From the IMG/VR virus record IMGVR_UViG_3300045988_103765: a stretch of DNA of 64,000 nt. One strand, 5' to 3'. Below are positions 54,544 to 63,059 of the stretch, piece after piece. A program made the translations under genes and the position numbers. The notes below the pieces were generated by a model. The model was given only the letters and a program-made list of their open reading frames with translations. It had not been told where the DNA came from and did no database searches. Position 1 is the first letter of the stretch. Each line of letters starts with the position of its first letter. Origin of the DNA: a virus.

Positions 54544-54738
54544 ATGAAAACAGTAAAGTTGTCAAATTTGAATGTTGGTGATATTTTCATGTTTAAAGAC
54601 GTGATGTATGAAATTATCAACAAAACACAATGGATATCTACATGTAAATATGTTAACGATAAATATCAATATGGAGGCTGGCTATCACATAAGTATCTAT
54701 ATTGTAATTTTAGTAACTATACAAAAGTTGAAATATGA
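54544..54738 (+). CDS. Hypothetical protein (64 aa)
   Basis: Start moved to ATG 54544 (MKTVKLSNLNVGD...). Confidence 0.45.
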   Translation: MKTVKLSNLNVGDIFMFKDVMYEIINKTQWISTCKYVNDKYQYGGWLSHKYLYCNFSNYTKVEI

Positions 54739-54869
54739 AACATATATTGGATTGGTATAATGAAAATACTCCTCAAAATGAGGATGAATACGAAAAAGGA
54801 TGCTTGACAAGTGCTGCAATAATAGCAATAATCTTCATAGCATTAACAGTAGCAATAATAAATATTTGA
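54735..54869 (+). CDS. Tail-anchored small membrane protein (44 aa), not in the ORF track
   Basis: Encodes MKHILDWYNENTPQNEDEYEKGCLTSAAIIAIIFIALTVAIINI. Its start overlaps the previous stop (ATATGA). Confidence 0.4.
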   Translation: MKHILDWYNENTPQNEDEYEKGCLTSAAIIAIIFIALTVAIINI

Positions 54870-54876
54870 TTTGAAA

Positions 54877-55179
54877 ATGGAAAAACAACCGATTAGCATA
54901 CAAGACGTGATACAAGAACTTCGCGACTTGTTCAGAGTGACTAATGGAGCGTTTTCAAGTGAGATGGACGGAATATTCTTTATTGACAAAAGGCAATATT
55001 CTGCGTCTGAGGTACATATGAAGCTTGAAATGTACTTCAATGACAAGTACATAATCAACGGACTCTGTAAGATATATCCAAATTGTGTGACTTATACACG
55101 ATTTGAGATTAAGAGCATTGACAAGCTGATGCCTAACTACAAGCTGATGGGATGTTATACACCAAAAAAGGAGGACTAA
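54877..55179 (+). CDS. Hypothetical protein (100 aa)
   Basis: Start moved to ATG 54877. Confidence 0.5.
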   Translation: MEKQPISIQDVIQELRDLFRVTNGAFSSEMDGIFFIDKRQYSASEVHMKLEMYFNDKYIINGLCKIYPNCVTYTRFEIKSIDKLMPNYKLMGCYTPKKED

Positions 55180-55182
55180 ATC

Positions 55183-55443
55183 ATGGCGAAAAGTATATTT
55201 ACTCCAATGGAGAAGTTCAACGAAATTTTGGCGGTCTATAAACTTAAATCGAGTAATATCGGAGAGTATGAGGGAAAGCACATCAGAGTATTCCACAATG
55301 AGAAGAAACTGTTTGATTACTACCCGTGCCGGATGAAGCTATTTGACTACCACAGTTGGCATCAGCTAAGTTATCCTATGCACGGGAATAAGGATTGGGA
55401 AAAGGAACTAAGAACAATAATTGAAAAACTGATAAGACAATGA
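55183..55443 (+). CDS. Hypothetical protein (86 aa)
   Basis: Packed ORF. Confidence 0.5.
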   Translation: MAKSIFTPMEKFNEILAVYKLKSSNIGEYEGKHIRVFHNEKKLFDYYPCRMKLFDYHSWHQLSYPMHGNKDWEKELRTIIEKLIRQ

Positions 55444-55865
55444 AGAAGTTAGTAATGACATTGATTTGCCTGCTTTCACTGATGGCAAGTATGCAGGCGC
55501 AAACAGACTGGAAGAGCCAGCTAAACTATTTGTACGGCACATGGACTGTGCAATATATACAAGACCGCAACGAGAATGTAAGCACACCGCCAAACTTGGT
55601 GACAATGAAGTTCAACCGGGATATGACTTGTACCATAATCCAAGACGGACATAAGATACAAGGCACATTCAAAGCGGAACAATTCATGCAAGGTGAGTTT
55701 GAGTTGTTTACTGGACTTTTTGTACAAGTATATACCAACAAAAGCAAGAAGACAATTCTGTACTTCCAAGTGTATGACATTAATAACAGCAAGGGAGTTA
55801 TCAGCGTGCCGGAGGTTAAAGAGTATTGGCAGATAAAAAAGAACCTATTTGAGCTGGATGATTAA
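55440..55865 (+). CDS. Secreted protein with signal peptide (141 aa)
   Basis: The N-terminus MKKLVMTLICLLSLMASMQAQ is signal-peptide-like, followed by a beta-rich body. Confidence 0.55.
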   Translation: MKKLVMTLICLLSLMASMQAQTDWKSQLNYLYGTWTVQYIQDRNENVSTPPNLVTMKFNRDMTCTIIQDGHKIQGTFKAEQFMQGEFELFTGLFVQVYTNKSKKTILYFQVYDINNSKGVISVPEVKEYWQIKKNLFELDD

Positions 55866-55924
55866 TAATTGTTAATAGTTTGACTTGTTTTTTGGAACTT
55901 TCAAAAATAACAGCGTTCTTTGCA

Positions 55925-56079
55925 TTGCAATCGAGAGGTAGAATGTTCGGTGATAAACGATATTAGGATTCAATAGCAATTCAACATATAGCTTACATTG
56001 GCACATTCTACCTGCAATCGTGCAGCCTGCCAGTGTATAGCAAATCTAAAAGCACTGGGAGTTTTCTCGGTGCTTTTTG
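55925..56079 (+). ncRNA. Candidate small structured RNA (promoter + 11-bp stem + terminator)
   Basis: A promoter-like TTTG (55891..55894) and GTTCTTTG (55915..55922) share the 17-mer of the 162..197 promoter. An 11-bp stem AGGTAGAATGT (55936..55946) / ACATTCTACCT (56003..56013) is flanked by direct GCAATCG repeats. A terminator AGCAC...GTGCTTTTT lies at 56047..56079. No ORF is present. Confidence 0.3.
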
Positions 56080-56421
56080 CTTTATTATGCTAAACGGCAG
56101 AAGGTTTCTTATCTCCACACCTCGCATACGATGCTTTAACATTGAAAATGGGATATTGTACTAACAAACTATGTAACTGCTGGATAATGATAGCAATGCC
56201 TTGCCAGACAACTATCGACTTCATGCCTTTTAATAACGAAGTAGATTACATAGAACGAAAATATAAATCCTACATAAGTAGGTGGAGGGTACGGGAGTGT
56301 TGTTAGTGCATGTAGGCGTTAAAGTAAGCCGAAAATATTCTTTTTATTATTTATCTTTTAAATCTTTAGATAAATGGTATGAAGGATATAAAAGGCAAAC
56401 TATATTAGTAATTGAAATATT

Positions 56422-56919
56422 ATGAAAAAGAAGCCTAAAAACAAGAAATGGAACAAAGGAACGACTAAGAAGAAACTTATTGTTCAAACTCCATTAGGAC
56501 TTTATAATGCAAAAAGTTATATCAAAGACTATGCAATCATTGCTAAGTTTTCCAGTATGTCGGATAGTACGAAGGATTGGATTGAAGTCCATAGATATGA
56601 TTTACAAAACAAAGCAAATAAGTATGAACACTTTGTGGGAAATTATCTGATTAAAAAAGGTATTAATTTTATCCACCAAGCACCTTTTGTTATCAATCGA
56701 AAGATTTACTTCTTGGATTTCTTTATTCCTACATTAAGAATTGCTTTAGAGATTGATGGTATATATCATTCATCATCAAAACAGAATGAAAAAGATTCGT
56801 TTAGGGATAAGGACTTTAAAACGATTGGAATTAAAACTATTAGAATAAGTAATGATGAAGCTAAAGACGAAAAAATATTAGATATTCGGATGAAAGCGGA
56901 AGGCATTATTAAACTTTAA
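56422..56919 (+). CDS. DUF559 / Vsr-like endonuclease-domain protein
   Basis: 165 aa. YFLDFFIPTLRIALEIDGIYH...DSFRDKDFKTIGIKTIRISNDE matches the DUF559 pattern (DF....l.iE.DG..H......D..Rd..l...G..v.R). Confidence 0.65.
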   Translation: MKKKPKNKKWNKGTTKKKLIVQTPLGLYNAKSYIKDYAIIAKFSSMSDSTKDWIEVHRYDLQNKANKYEHFVGNYLIKKGINFIHQAPFVINRKIYFLDFFIPTLRIALEIDGIYHSSSKQNEKDSFRDKDFKTIGIKTIRISNDEAKDEKILDIRMKAEGIIKL

Positions 56920-56931
56920 AATATAAGTACC

Positions 56932-57774
56932 ATGAAGATTATTTTCTTAGACATTGATGGAGTTGTTTCTACCCATCGTTGCCAATGGCAACTTGACCCA
57001 GAAAAAATGGAATTGATAAAGAGGATATGTGATGCTACGGATGCTAAGATAGTGATTACTTCTTCTTGGAGGGGACATAACTTGAAACAGACCATAGAGA
57101 ATTTGGTTGACTTGGAGAGAGAAGCAGGACACCAGCCTTTTTTATATCCCGAACTTATTGTCGGATGTACTGACAGAATGTATTGCTTCAAACATGGAAA
57201 TAGAGATACTCATTTTACACTTCCTCGCGGTTGCGAAATACAACGTTACTGTTTTGAGCACGAAGAAATTGAAAGTTATGTTATTCTTGATGATGATTCG
57301 GACATGCTTCTTAAACATAAGGACAAGTTTATTCAGACCAATGCCTTGTTGGGTATCTCCGAAGAAGATACAAAGAAAGCCATCGCTATATTGAAAGGTA
57401 AGAAACGTGCTTCGACAACAAGTAAATTATTTGATGTCCGTGCCGACTTGTCCTATGTCAGTGAGGAACTGAAAGATGCTTGGAACATCTGGCTTGACTA
57501 CAAGGACGAAATAAAGAAGCAGTACAAGACGGAACGAGGCGCAAAGATGATGTATTCCAAGTTGGAAAAGTATTCCGATGGCAATCCGATTCTTGCCAAT
57601 GCCATTGTCAACGAAGCCATCTGCCATAGCTGGGACGGATTCTATTCTTTATCTGACAAACAGAAAGACTTTTTCTTATCGGATAAAAGCCCTTATAGGA
57701 GCGAAAATTCCAATTCTTCCTACATAGCCAAGAGATTGCAGGAGTTGGACGAGAAAATCGAAAAATACAAGTGA
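56932..57774 (+). CDS. HAD-superfamily phosphatase-like protein with an unknown C-terminal domain
   Basis: 280 aa. The N-terminus MKIIFLDIDGVV (DxDG motif I) and IVITSSWR are as in HAD domains of phage nucleotide or RNA-repair phosphatases. Confidence 0.55.
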   Translation: MKIIFLDIDGVVSTHRCQWQLDPEKMELIKRICDATDAKIVITSSWRGHNLKQTIENLVDLEREAGHQPFLYPELIVGCTDRMYCFKHGNRDTHFTLPRGCEIQRYCFEHEEIESYVILDDDSDMLLKHKDKFIQTNALLGISEEDTKKAIAILKGKKRASTTSKLFDVRADLSYVSEELKDAWNIWLDYKDEIKKQYKTERGAKMMYSKLEKYSDGNPILANAIVNEAICHSWDGFYSLSDKQKDFFLSDKSPYRSENSNSSYIAKRLQELDEKIEKYK

Positions 57775-57785
57775 TATAACATTAA

Positions 57786-58016
57786 ATGAAGAATATTATG
57801 AAGCGTAGGGAGTTAAATATTGGAGATATTATTCAAGTCGGGTATAATCAAGTCAAAGTTGTACGTGATGAAAAAGTTTCATGTGATGCTTGCTATTTTA
57901 GACCGATTTGTGCTAAAGATTATGAAGCATTAGGATGGAAACAAGAAAACTTTGGATTTTGTTCTGAAAATGAGAGATTAGACAATGTAAATGTTCATTT
58001 TGAATTAGTAGAATGA
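57786..58016 (+). CDS. Hypothetical protein (76 aa)
   Basis: Packed ORF. Confidence 0.5.
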   Translation: MKNIMKRRELNIGDIIQVGYNQVKVVRDEKVSCDACYFRPICAKDYEALGWKQENFGFCSENERLDNVNVHFELVE

Positions 58017-58017
58017 T

Positions 58018-58218
58018 ATGGAAGTAAAGAGTGGAAGAATGTTTGAGAAAGAGATACTTCCTTTTATGGAAGAAATGATTATGCAAAAGCTCCGTACATA
58101 TAACGTATATAGCATAAATGAGTACGAAGACATACGGAAGGCGGTGAGATATTCAATAAGGTTTTGCAAGAAAAATAAAATTGTTAGATATGGAAGTAAA
58201 GAACGGAATAATAATTGA
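58018..58218 (+). CDS. Hypothetical protein (66 aa)
   Basis: Packed ORF. Its start context GATATGGAAGTAAAGA is repeated at 58187..58202. Confidence 0.45.
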   Translation: MEVKSGRMFEKEILPFMEEMIMQKLRTYNVYSINEYEDIRKAVRYSIRFCKKNKIVRYGSKERNNN

Positions 58219-58411
58219 CGGAGTGCTACATGAGGCAATAAATCTTAGAACAATTATTTGCTATTGCGATAAATGCTCTTTGTTTTACACTTGCCGCAAA
58301 TGCTTAAAGGAGGACTGTTTGTGTAATATTTTTGGATTAAGTACAAATAATAGAATACGTTTCATCAGCCGTGGCAAAGTGACTAACATAGAAATAGAGG
58401 AAACAAAATGA
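58190..58411 (+). CDS. Hypothetical Cys-rich protein (73 aa)
   Basis: Start moved to ATG 58190 (MEVKNGIIIDG...). Contains CYCDKCSLFYTCRKCLKEDCLC. Confidence 0.45.
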   Translation: MEVKNGIIIDGVLHEAINLRTIICYCDKCSLFYTCRKCLKEDCLCNIFGLSTNNRIRFISRGKVTNIEIEETK

Positions 58412-58851
58412 AAAATCAAGTTCTAAATATCAAGCAAATGCAGCACCTAAAAGAATTAGGTGTTGATATAAGCAAAGGAAGCATGGTTTGGTTGCCATAT
58501 AGAGAAATGAAAGGTTCTCCCGAAATACCAATAGAATTATGTGATAAGTATTATCATCTGGAATTTGCTTATTCGCTAAGACCTATACTACCAGAGGAAG
58601 AAATGTTATATACTTTTACATTGCAGGATATTATCGAAATGCTTCCACGCAGCATCCAACCTAATCTGAATGAAGGAACATATTATCTTAACCTATATTA
58701 TTATGACGAGTTGTGGGTAGTAGATTACCTGAATAATGAAGGTGACGGAAGTTGGTTTACTACAACATCAGATGATAGCTTTATCAAAGCTGCCTACCAA
58801 ATGCTATGTTGGTGTGTAGAAAATGGATATTTGAAAGGAGGTGAGAAATGA
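58408..58851 (+). CDS. Hypothetical protein (147 aa), paralog of 60979..61296
   Basis: Shares FTLQDIIEMLP and AAYQMLCWCVENGYL with 60979..61296 (YTLQDIIQRLP, AAYQMLCWVIENGHL). Confidence 0.55.
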   Translation: MKNQVLNIKQMQHLKELGVDISKGSMVWLPYREMKGSPEIPIELCDKYYHLEFAYSLRPILPEEEMLYTFTLQDIIEMLPRSIQPNLNEGTYYLNLYYYDELWVVDYLNNEGDGSWFTTTSDDSFIKAAYQMLCWCVENGYLKGGEK

Positions 58852-59069
58852 CAATACGAGATTTAGCGCATTTATTGCTTACTGCACGAGATTTAGACCA
58901 AGATGTAAAGATATCCAGCGGAGGCTATAAATCTCATATTACAAGGGTGGAATTTGTAGAAAACGGTGAGTTCGTAATTGGTTCAAACGGGTACAATAGG
59001 GATAAAATTACGGTAATAACCGAAATTGAAGTAAAATCCCCATACGATGAAGAACCAAAAATATTTTAA
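58848..59069 (+). CDS. Hypothetical protein (73 aa)
   Basis: Packed ORF. Confidence 0.5.
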   Translation: MTIRDLAHLLLTARDLDQDVKISSGGYKSHITRVEFVENGEFVIGSNGYNRDKITVITEIEVKSPYDEEPKIF

Positions 59070-59074
59070 AGATT

Positions 59075-59257
59075 ATGACTGAAAAGATATTTAAAAAAGA
59101 AGACAAGATTTATAGACTTACTTGCGAATTAATTATAGAATATAATAAGGTAAGTTATAGATTAAATCTTACATGGAGAATGAAAGGAAAGCATAGATGG
59201 TGGGTATTGCCCGGATATTATGAATGCAGCCTATCAGATGTTGTGTTGGGTGATTGA
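59075..59257 (+). CDS. Hypothetical protein (60 aa) whose 3' end runs into repeat copy 1 out of frame
   Basis: The last 15 codons lie in the duplicated 3' fragment of the 60979 gene but are read in another frame (PGYYECSLSDVVLGD). Confidence 0.35.
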   Translation: MTEKIFKKEDKIYRLTCELIIEYNKVSYRLNLTWRMKGKHRWWVLPGYYECSLSDVVLGD

Positions 59258-59552
59258 AAACGGACATTTAGAAACAGACAAGTAATGATATGGAACGAAT
59301 AGTAGAATTAAGAGGATTAGAAGGAGTATATTGTAGTGATGTAGTTCATGCTTATATGTCTTGCAATGCAGAAGACGTTCAAAAAGCTTTGGAGATTGGG
59401 ATTCCATGTACTGGAGCAAATGACTACGGAGCGTATAACATCTATTTTGACGATTACGGAAGAATATGTTTTGAATATATGCAACGTTGTGTAACAAGAG
59501 AATACAGATACGTTGAATCAATAGAAGAGGCTATAGACTGGATGAATAGGTT
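59211..59552 (+). repeat. Direct repeat copy 1 (342 nt, identical to 61222..61563)
   Basis: The offset is 2011 nt. Identity is supported by identical translations in two overlapping frames (plus-strand 93-aa ORFs and minus-strand 95-aa ORFs) and by direct reading of the ends. Confidence 0.85.
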
Positions 59553-59571
59553 AATGAATAATGGAGGTTGA
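59290..59571 (+). CDS. Hypothetical protein (93 aa), duplicated gene copy 1
   Basis: Identical to 61301..61582 except for the last residues (RLMNNGG versus RFMNNRR). Confidence 0.55.
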   Translation: MERIVELRGLEGVYCSDVVHAYMSCNAEDVQKALEIGIPCTGANDYGAYNIYFDDYGRICFEYMQRCVTREYRYVESIEEAIDWMNRLMNNGG

Positions 59572-59573
59572 TT

Positions 59574-59900
59574 ATGGGCAAATATAGATACAGAGAAGTA
59601 AAAAACTATATCCATAACGAATTAAAGTTGACTAAAGAGGATATAAAGGAAATTATGATTCCAATCGTGAAAGAAGAAGTCAAACGTATCTTTCATAACA
59701 CCTACGGAAACGACGTTGATATAGAGAGGTGGGTTCGTTGTATGGTTTCCAACGAGATACAAAGACATGGTGATTACTCTATGATAAGGAATTTATGCAG
59801 GGAGATAATTAAGGAGGAAATTGCTGATAGGTTGTCAATTGATATAAGTCTTAAAAGAAAAGGAGATGGAAATAAAAGGGAAAGTACATTGCTTCTTTGA
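59574..59900 (+). CDS. Hypothetical protein (108 aa)
   Basis: Start moved to ATG 59574. Confidence 0.5.
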   Translation: MGKYRYREVKNYIHNELKLTKEDIKEIMIPIVKEEVKRIFHNTYGNDVDIERWVRCMVSNEIQRHGDYSMIRNLCREIIKEEIADRLSIDISLKRKGDGNKRESTLLL

Positions 59901-60597
59901 ACAAAGCGCAACATTCCGTGACGAGTTTAGAAAACTTGGATATGAATCTTTCGATTATGATATACAAAATTCATTCGGAAAGACTGACTATCAGATAGAC
60001 TTGTTTGTAGAGATTGAAAAAGCATATGATGAAGAGGAAAGCATATTTAATAATATCACGAAAGATGATTTAATTATAGCTTTCTTCCCCTGCATTTACT
60101 TTGAATGCATGCAGGCTAATTACTATCAAATGGCATCCAATAATCTTTATCATAAAGATAAAAAAGAGCAATATAGTATAGTATTAGAAAGGGTAAATAA
60201 TAGAAATAAATTCTATATGCTATTATATAAATTGTTTGCTGTTTGTGATTTGAAAGGTTTAAGATTGATAGTCGAAAATCCTGCTACACAGCCGCATTAT
60301 CTTTTATTTCCAGCTAATTTCATACCTTATACTTTTATTGACAAAGATAGAACAAAAAGAGGTGACTATTTTAAAAAACCAACAGCTTATTGGTTTGTAA
60401 ACTGTAAACCAACAAATGGAAGAAGTTATCAGAAGCCAATACAAACTAAAACAATAATGAAAAGTAAAAAGGGAAAGGAAGCAGGAATTTGTTCCGAAGA
60501 ACGGTCAATGATTTCACCGGACTACGCAAGGAATTTCATTTGCGACTTCATACTTGGGAAAGTACAAAAACATACACAACTTGATTTATTTAAATAA
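59866..60597 (+). CDS. Hypothetical protein with weak C5-cytosine-methyltransferase-like motifs
   Basis: 243 aa. FFPCIYFE is PC-motif-like and RLIVENPATQ is ENV-like. No clear SAM-binding FxGxG motif was seen, so the call is tentative. Confidence 0.3.
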   Translation: MEIKGKVHCFFEQSATFRDEFRKLGYESFDYDIQNSFGKTDYQIDLFVEIEKAYDEEESIFNNITKDDLIIAFFPCIYFECMQANYYQMASNNLYHKDKKEQYSIVLERVNNRNKFYMLLYKLFAVCDLKGLRLIVENPATQPHYLLFPANFIPYTFIDKDRTKRGDYFKKPTAYWFVNCKPTNGRSYQKPIQTKTIMKSKKGKEAGICSEERSMISPDYARNFICDFILGKVQKHTQLDLFK

Positions 60598-60609
60598 GAG
60601 AGAATAACT

Positions 60610-60912
60610 ATGAATGAAGAACTTTTAAGATTAGCATATCAATCCCTCAAACGTCAATTTGACAACATTAGCAAAGATAGTTGGATATGGACTGATTTCT
60701 TTGAAGATGAAAAAGTGGGATTTGATTACTTCAAAGAACAAATTGAACAAGATGAAGATTTTGCCTGCCTGCAAGACGAGACATATTACTTGGACAAGGA
60801 TTTAGACGAACTGGCATATGATATAGCTTATGAAATTGCTTTAAAGTTGAAAGAAAATGATTTTTTTCATCAATGTGAACAATGTATGTTAGAAACTTAT
60901 AAAATTGAATAA
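60610..60912 (+). CDS. Hypothetical acidic protein (100 aa)
   Basis: Packed ORF. Confidence 0.5.
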   Translation: MNEELLRLAYQSLKRQFDNISKDSWIWTDFFEDEKVGFDYFKEQIEQDEDFACLQDETYYLDKDLDELAYDIAYEIALKLKENDFFHQCEQCMLETYKIE

Positions 60913-60978
60913 TTATGGACGAGAAATTTAAAAAGAAGTACGGTATCTACGATGGTATAGATACAAGCGCATTCAAGT

Positions 60979-61296
60979 ATGTGTTGGCATGATGAATGCT
61001 ACCCAAATATATCAGAAGATATGAAGTATAATTATGGACGATGCTATGTAAAACTTGGGAATTTAATTGGCTGCTTTCCTGCTTATACCTTGCAGGACAT
61101 CATACAGAGGTTACCGCCCTCTATCAATATATGTATGCTGCATATATATCCTGCTGCTGACTTGTGGTATTTCGTGTACATGGATTCTTACACCCGTACT
61201 ATTCTAAGCACGAAGTATAGTCCGGATATTATGAATGCAGCCTATCAGATGTTGTGTTGGGTGATTGAAAACGGACATTTAGAAACAGACAAGTAA
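60979..61296 (+). CDS. Hypothetical protein (105 aa), paralog of 58408..58851, probably 5'-truncated by a frameshift
   Basis: The upstream 25-codon ORF (60915..60992, MDEKFKKKYGIYDGIDTSAFKYVLA) aligns with the paralog N-terminus (LGVDISKGSMVW). Removing one T in GTGTTGG would join the two frames. Confidence 0.5.
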   Translation: MCWHDECYPNISEDMKYNYGRCYVKLGNLIGCFPAYTLQDIIQRLPPSINICMLHIYPAADLWYFVYMDSYTRTILSTKYSPDIMNAAYQMLCWVIENGHLETDK

Positions 61297-61563
61297 TGAT
61301 ATGGAACGAATAGTAGAATTAAGAGGATTAGAAGGAGTATATTGTAGTGATGTAGTTCATGCTTATATGTCTTGCAATGCAGAAGACGTTCAAAAAGCTT
61401 TGGAGATTGGGATTCCATGTACTGGAGCAAATGACTACGGAGCGTATAACATCTATTTTGACGATTACGGAAGAATATGTTTTGAATATATGCAACGTTG
61501 TGTAACAAGAGAATACAGATACGTTGAATCAATAGAAGAGGCTATAGACTGGATGAATAGGTT
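61222..61563 (+). repeat. Direct repeat copy 2 (342 nt)
   Basis: See 59211..59552. Confidence 0.85.
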
Positions 61564-61582
61564 TATGAATAATAGGAGGTAA
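61301..61582 (+). CDS. Hypothetical protein (93 aa), duplicated gene copy 2
   Basis: See 59290..59571. Confidence 0.55.
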   Translation: MERIVELRGLEGVYCSDVVHAYMSCNAEDVQKALEIGIPCTGANDYGAYNIYFDDYGRICFEYMQRCVTREYRYVESIEEAIDWMNRFMNNRR

Positions 61583-61584
61583 TT

Positions 61585-61776
61585 ATGAAATATACAATTT
61601 CTAAAATTCATATTTATAGGTGCTTACCACCATATAGGAAATGGTACAGCATAACGACTGATAGCGGAATAACTAAAGACAATATTGTAATTGTTGGTAA
61701 AAAGCGATTATTGAAAGTTGCCTTTGCATTGATACTTATGGCTTTATTTAATAAAAGAACCACTATAACCAGATGA
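61585..61776 (+). CDS. Hypothetical protein (63 aa)
   Basis: Packed ORF. Confidence 0.4.
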   Translation: MKYTISKIHIYRCLPPYRKWYSITTDSGITKDNIVIVGKKRLLKVAFALILMALFNKRTTITR

Positions 61777-61778
61777 TT

Positions 61779-61883
61779 ATGGAACAAAAGAACATAACTA
61801 TTGAATGGCTAGGAATGTTTGCCCATGCTTACAAGCTGCATTGTGAAGAATGTGAAGAATGTGAAAAGAAGAAAGGAAAATAA
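61779..61883 (+). CDS. Small protein (34 aa), not in the ORF track
   Basis: Encodes MEQKNITIEWLGMFAHAYKLHCEECEECEKKKGK. Fits exactly between the neighbouring genes. Confidence 0.35.
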   Translation: MEQKNITIEWLGMFAHAYKLHCEECEECEKKKGK

Positions 61884-61884
61884 T

Positions 61885-62229
61885 ATGGGAGTATTAAGAA
61901 ACGTACAGCCAACAGCACGAAAAGAACATAAATGTGAATATTGTGGTGGAATTATACATGTTGGCGAAAAGTATGATAGACAAACAATTGTTTTTGATGG
62001 TTGTATCTATGACTGGATATGTCATATAGAATGTACTCAATTAGTCTATAAGCTTGATATGTTTGACGGTTGCTATGACGGATTGGATAGCGACGCTTTT
62101 ATTGACACCTTAAAACAATATGTTTATGACTTCCATTACGATGAAGAGATAGAAGATATTGCTAAGGATTGGCAATTACCATATCCAGAACTTGTGAAGA
62201 AAGTATTAGAAGAACTGAAAGGAGAATAG
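61885..62229 (+). CDS. Cys/His-rich protein (114 aa)
   Basis: Start moved to ATG 61885 (MGVLRNVQ...). Contains HKCEYCGG...CHIEC. Confidence 0.5.
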   Translation: MGVLRNVQPTARKEHKCEYCGGIIHVGEKYDRQTIVFDGCIYDWICHIECTQLVYKLDMFDGCYDGLDSDAFIDTLKQYVYDFHYDEEIEDIAKDWQLPYPELVKKVLEELKGE

Positions 62230-62231
62230 TT

Positions 62232-62480
62232 ATGGAAATAAAAAAATGCAATAGAAATCCATATTTTCTTGCGGATTTTGTCTATGAAGGCTCATTTTCT
62301 GATAGAAATCCATTTTATCTTAGGATACCAGAAAAAGATGTTATTGAATTTTGCAATACACTTCTAAAAGCATATCAAGATGATATGGATGGGAAAATAG
62401 AAGTTATACCGCCTTATGTATATGTAACTGACAATGGTAATGTTTTTTATGATGGAGAAGTAATAATAAAGGAGGAATAA
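62232..62480 (+). CDS. Hypothetical protein (82 aa)
   Basis: Start moved to ATG 62232 (MEIKKCNRNPYF...). Confidence 0.5.
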   Translation: MEIKKCNRNPYFLADFVYEGSFSDRNPFYLRIPEKDVIEFCNTLLKAYQDDMDGKIEVIPPYVYVTDNGNVFYDGEVIIKEE

Positions 62481-62482
62481 CT

Positions 62483-62866
62483 ATGGGATTTACAACACCG
62501 TGCTTTATACGTAAGAATACTCCAACACTTCAAGAAAGGCTAAAAAATCTTGGTTATCTCTCTCTTGATAATGACAATGATAAGAGAGACGGTCTTGTTG
62601 CTGATAGGAATGGTTTTATGTATTCTATTTTTGAGAAAAACGTTCTTGGTAGTACATATAACTGTGGTATCAATGAAGAGCTTTTTCTTGCCATTGCTGC
62701 ATTGAGATATGATACAGACGATAGCCAATGGTTCACGGATGGGGAAGATTGGTTCTTATGCCAATATCTGAAAGTAGGAATGCACTACCAAGACAAACCG
62801 GAAATACTATTTGATAAGTGGCATAAAGCCTCCGTGGACGAACTGATTGAACACTTTAAACAATAA
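62483..62866 (+). CDS. Hypothetical protein (127 aa)
   Basis: Packed ORF. Confidence 0.5.
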   Translation: MGFTTPCFIRKNTPTLQERLKNLGYLSLDNDNDKRDGLVADRNGFMYSIFEKNVLGSTYNCGINEELFLAIAALRYDTDDSQWFTDGEDWFLCQYLKVGMHYQDKPEILFDKWHKASVDELIEHFKQ

Positions 62867-62870
62867 CAGC

Positions 62871-63059
62871 ATGAGAAAATATAGAATTGAAAACTATGGC
62901 ATTTATAAGAACATCTTTGATGTACAAATGAATACTTGGTGGTGCGGATGGATTACGATAAAAACATTCGTAGCAAGCGATATTGCTCCTGATAGTATTG
63001 ATTATGCAAAAGCCTGCGCACAAGAACTATTAGATAAATTAAGGGAGGAATTACTATGA
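62871..63059 (+). CDS. Hypothetical protein (62 aa)
   Basis: Start moved to ATG 62871 (MRKYRIENYG...). Confidence 0.45.
   Translation: MRKYRIENYGIYKNIFDVQMNTWWCGWITIKTFVASDIAPDSIDYAKACAQELLDKLREELL

Noticed and set aside
58015-58202. 16-nt direct repeat GATATGGAAGTAAAGA at the starts of two adjacent genes (58015..58030 and 58187..58202)
   Set aside because: It is short and covers the start codon plus the first four codons (MEVK). It most likely reflects a small duplication or shared initiation context, and the rest of the two genes is unrelated.
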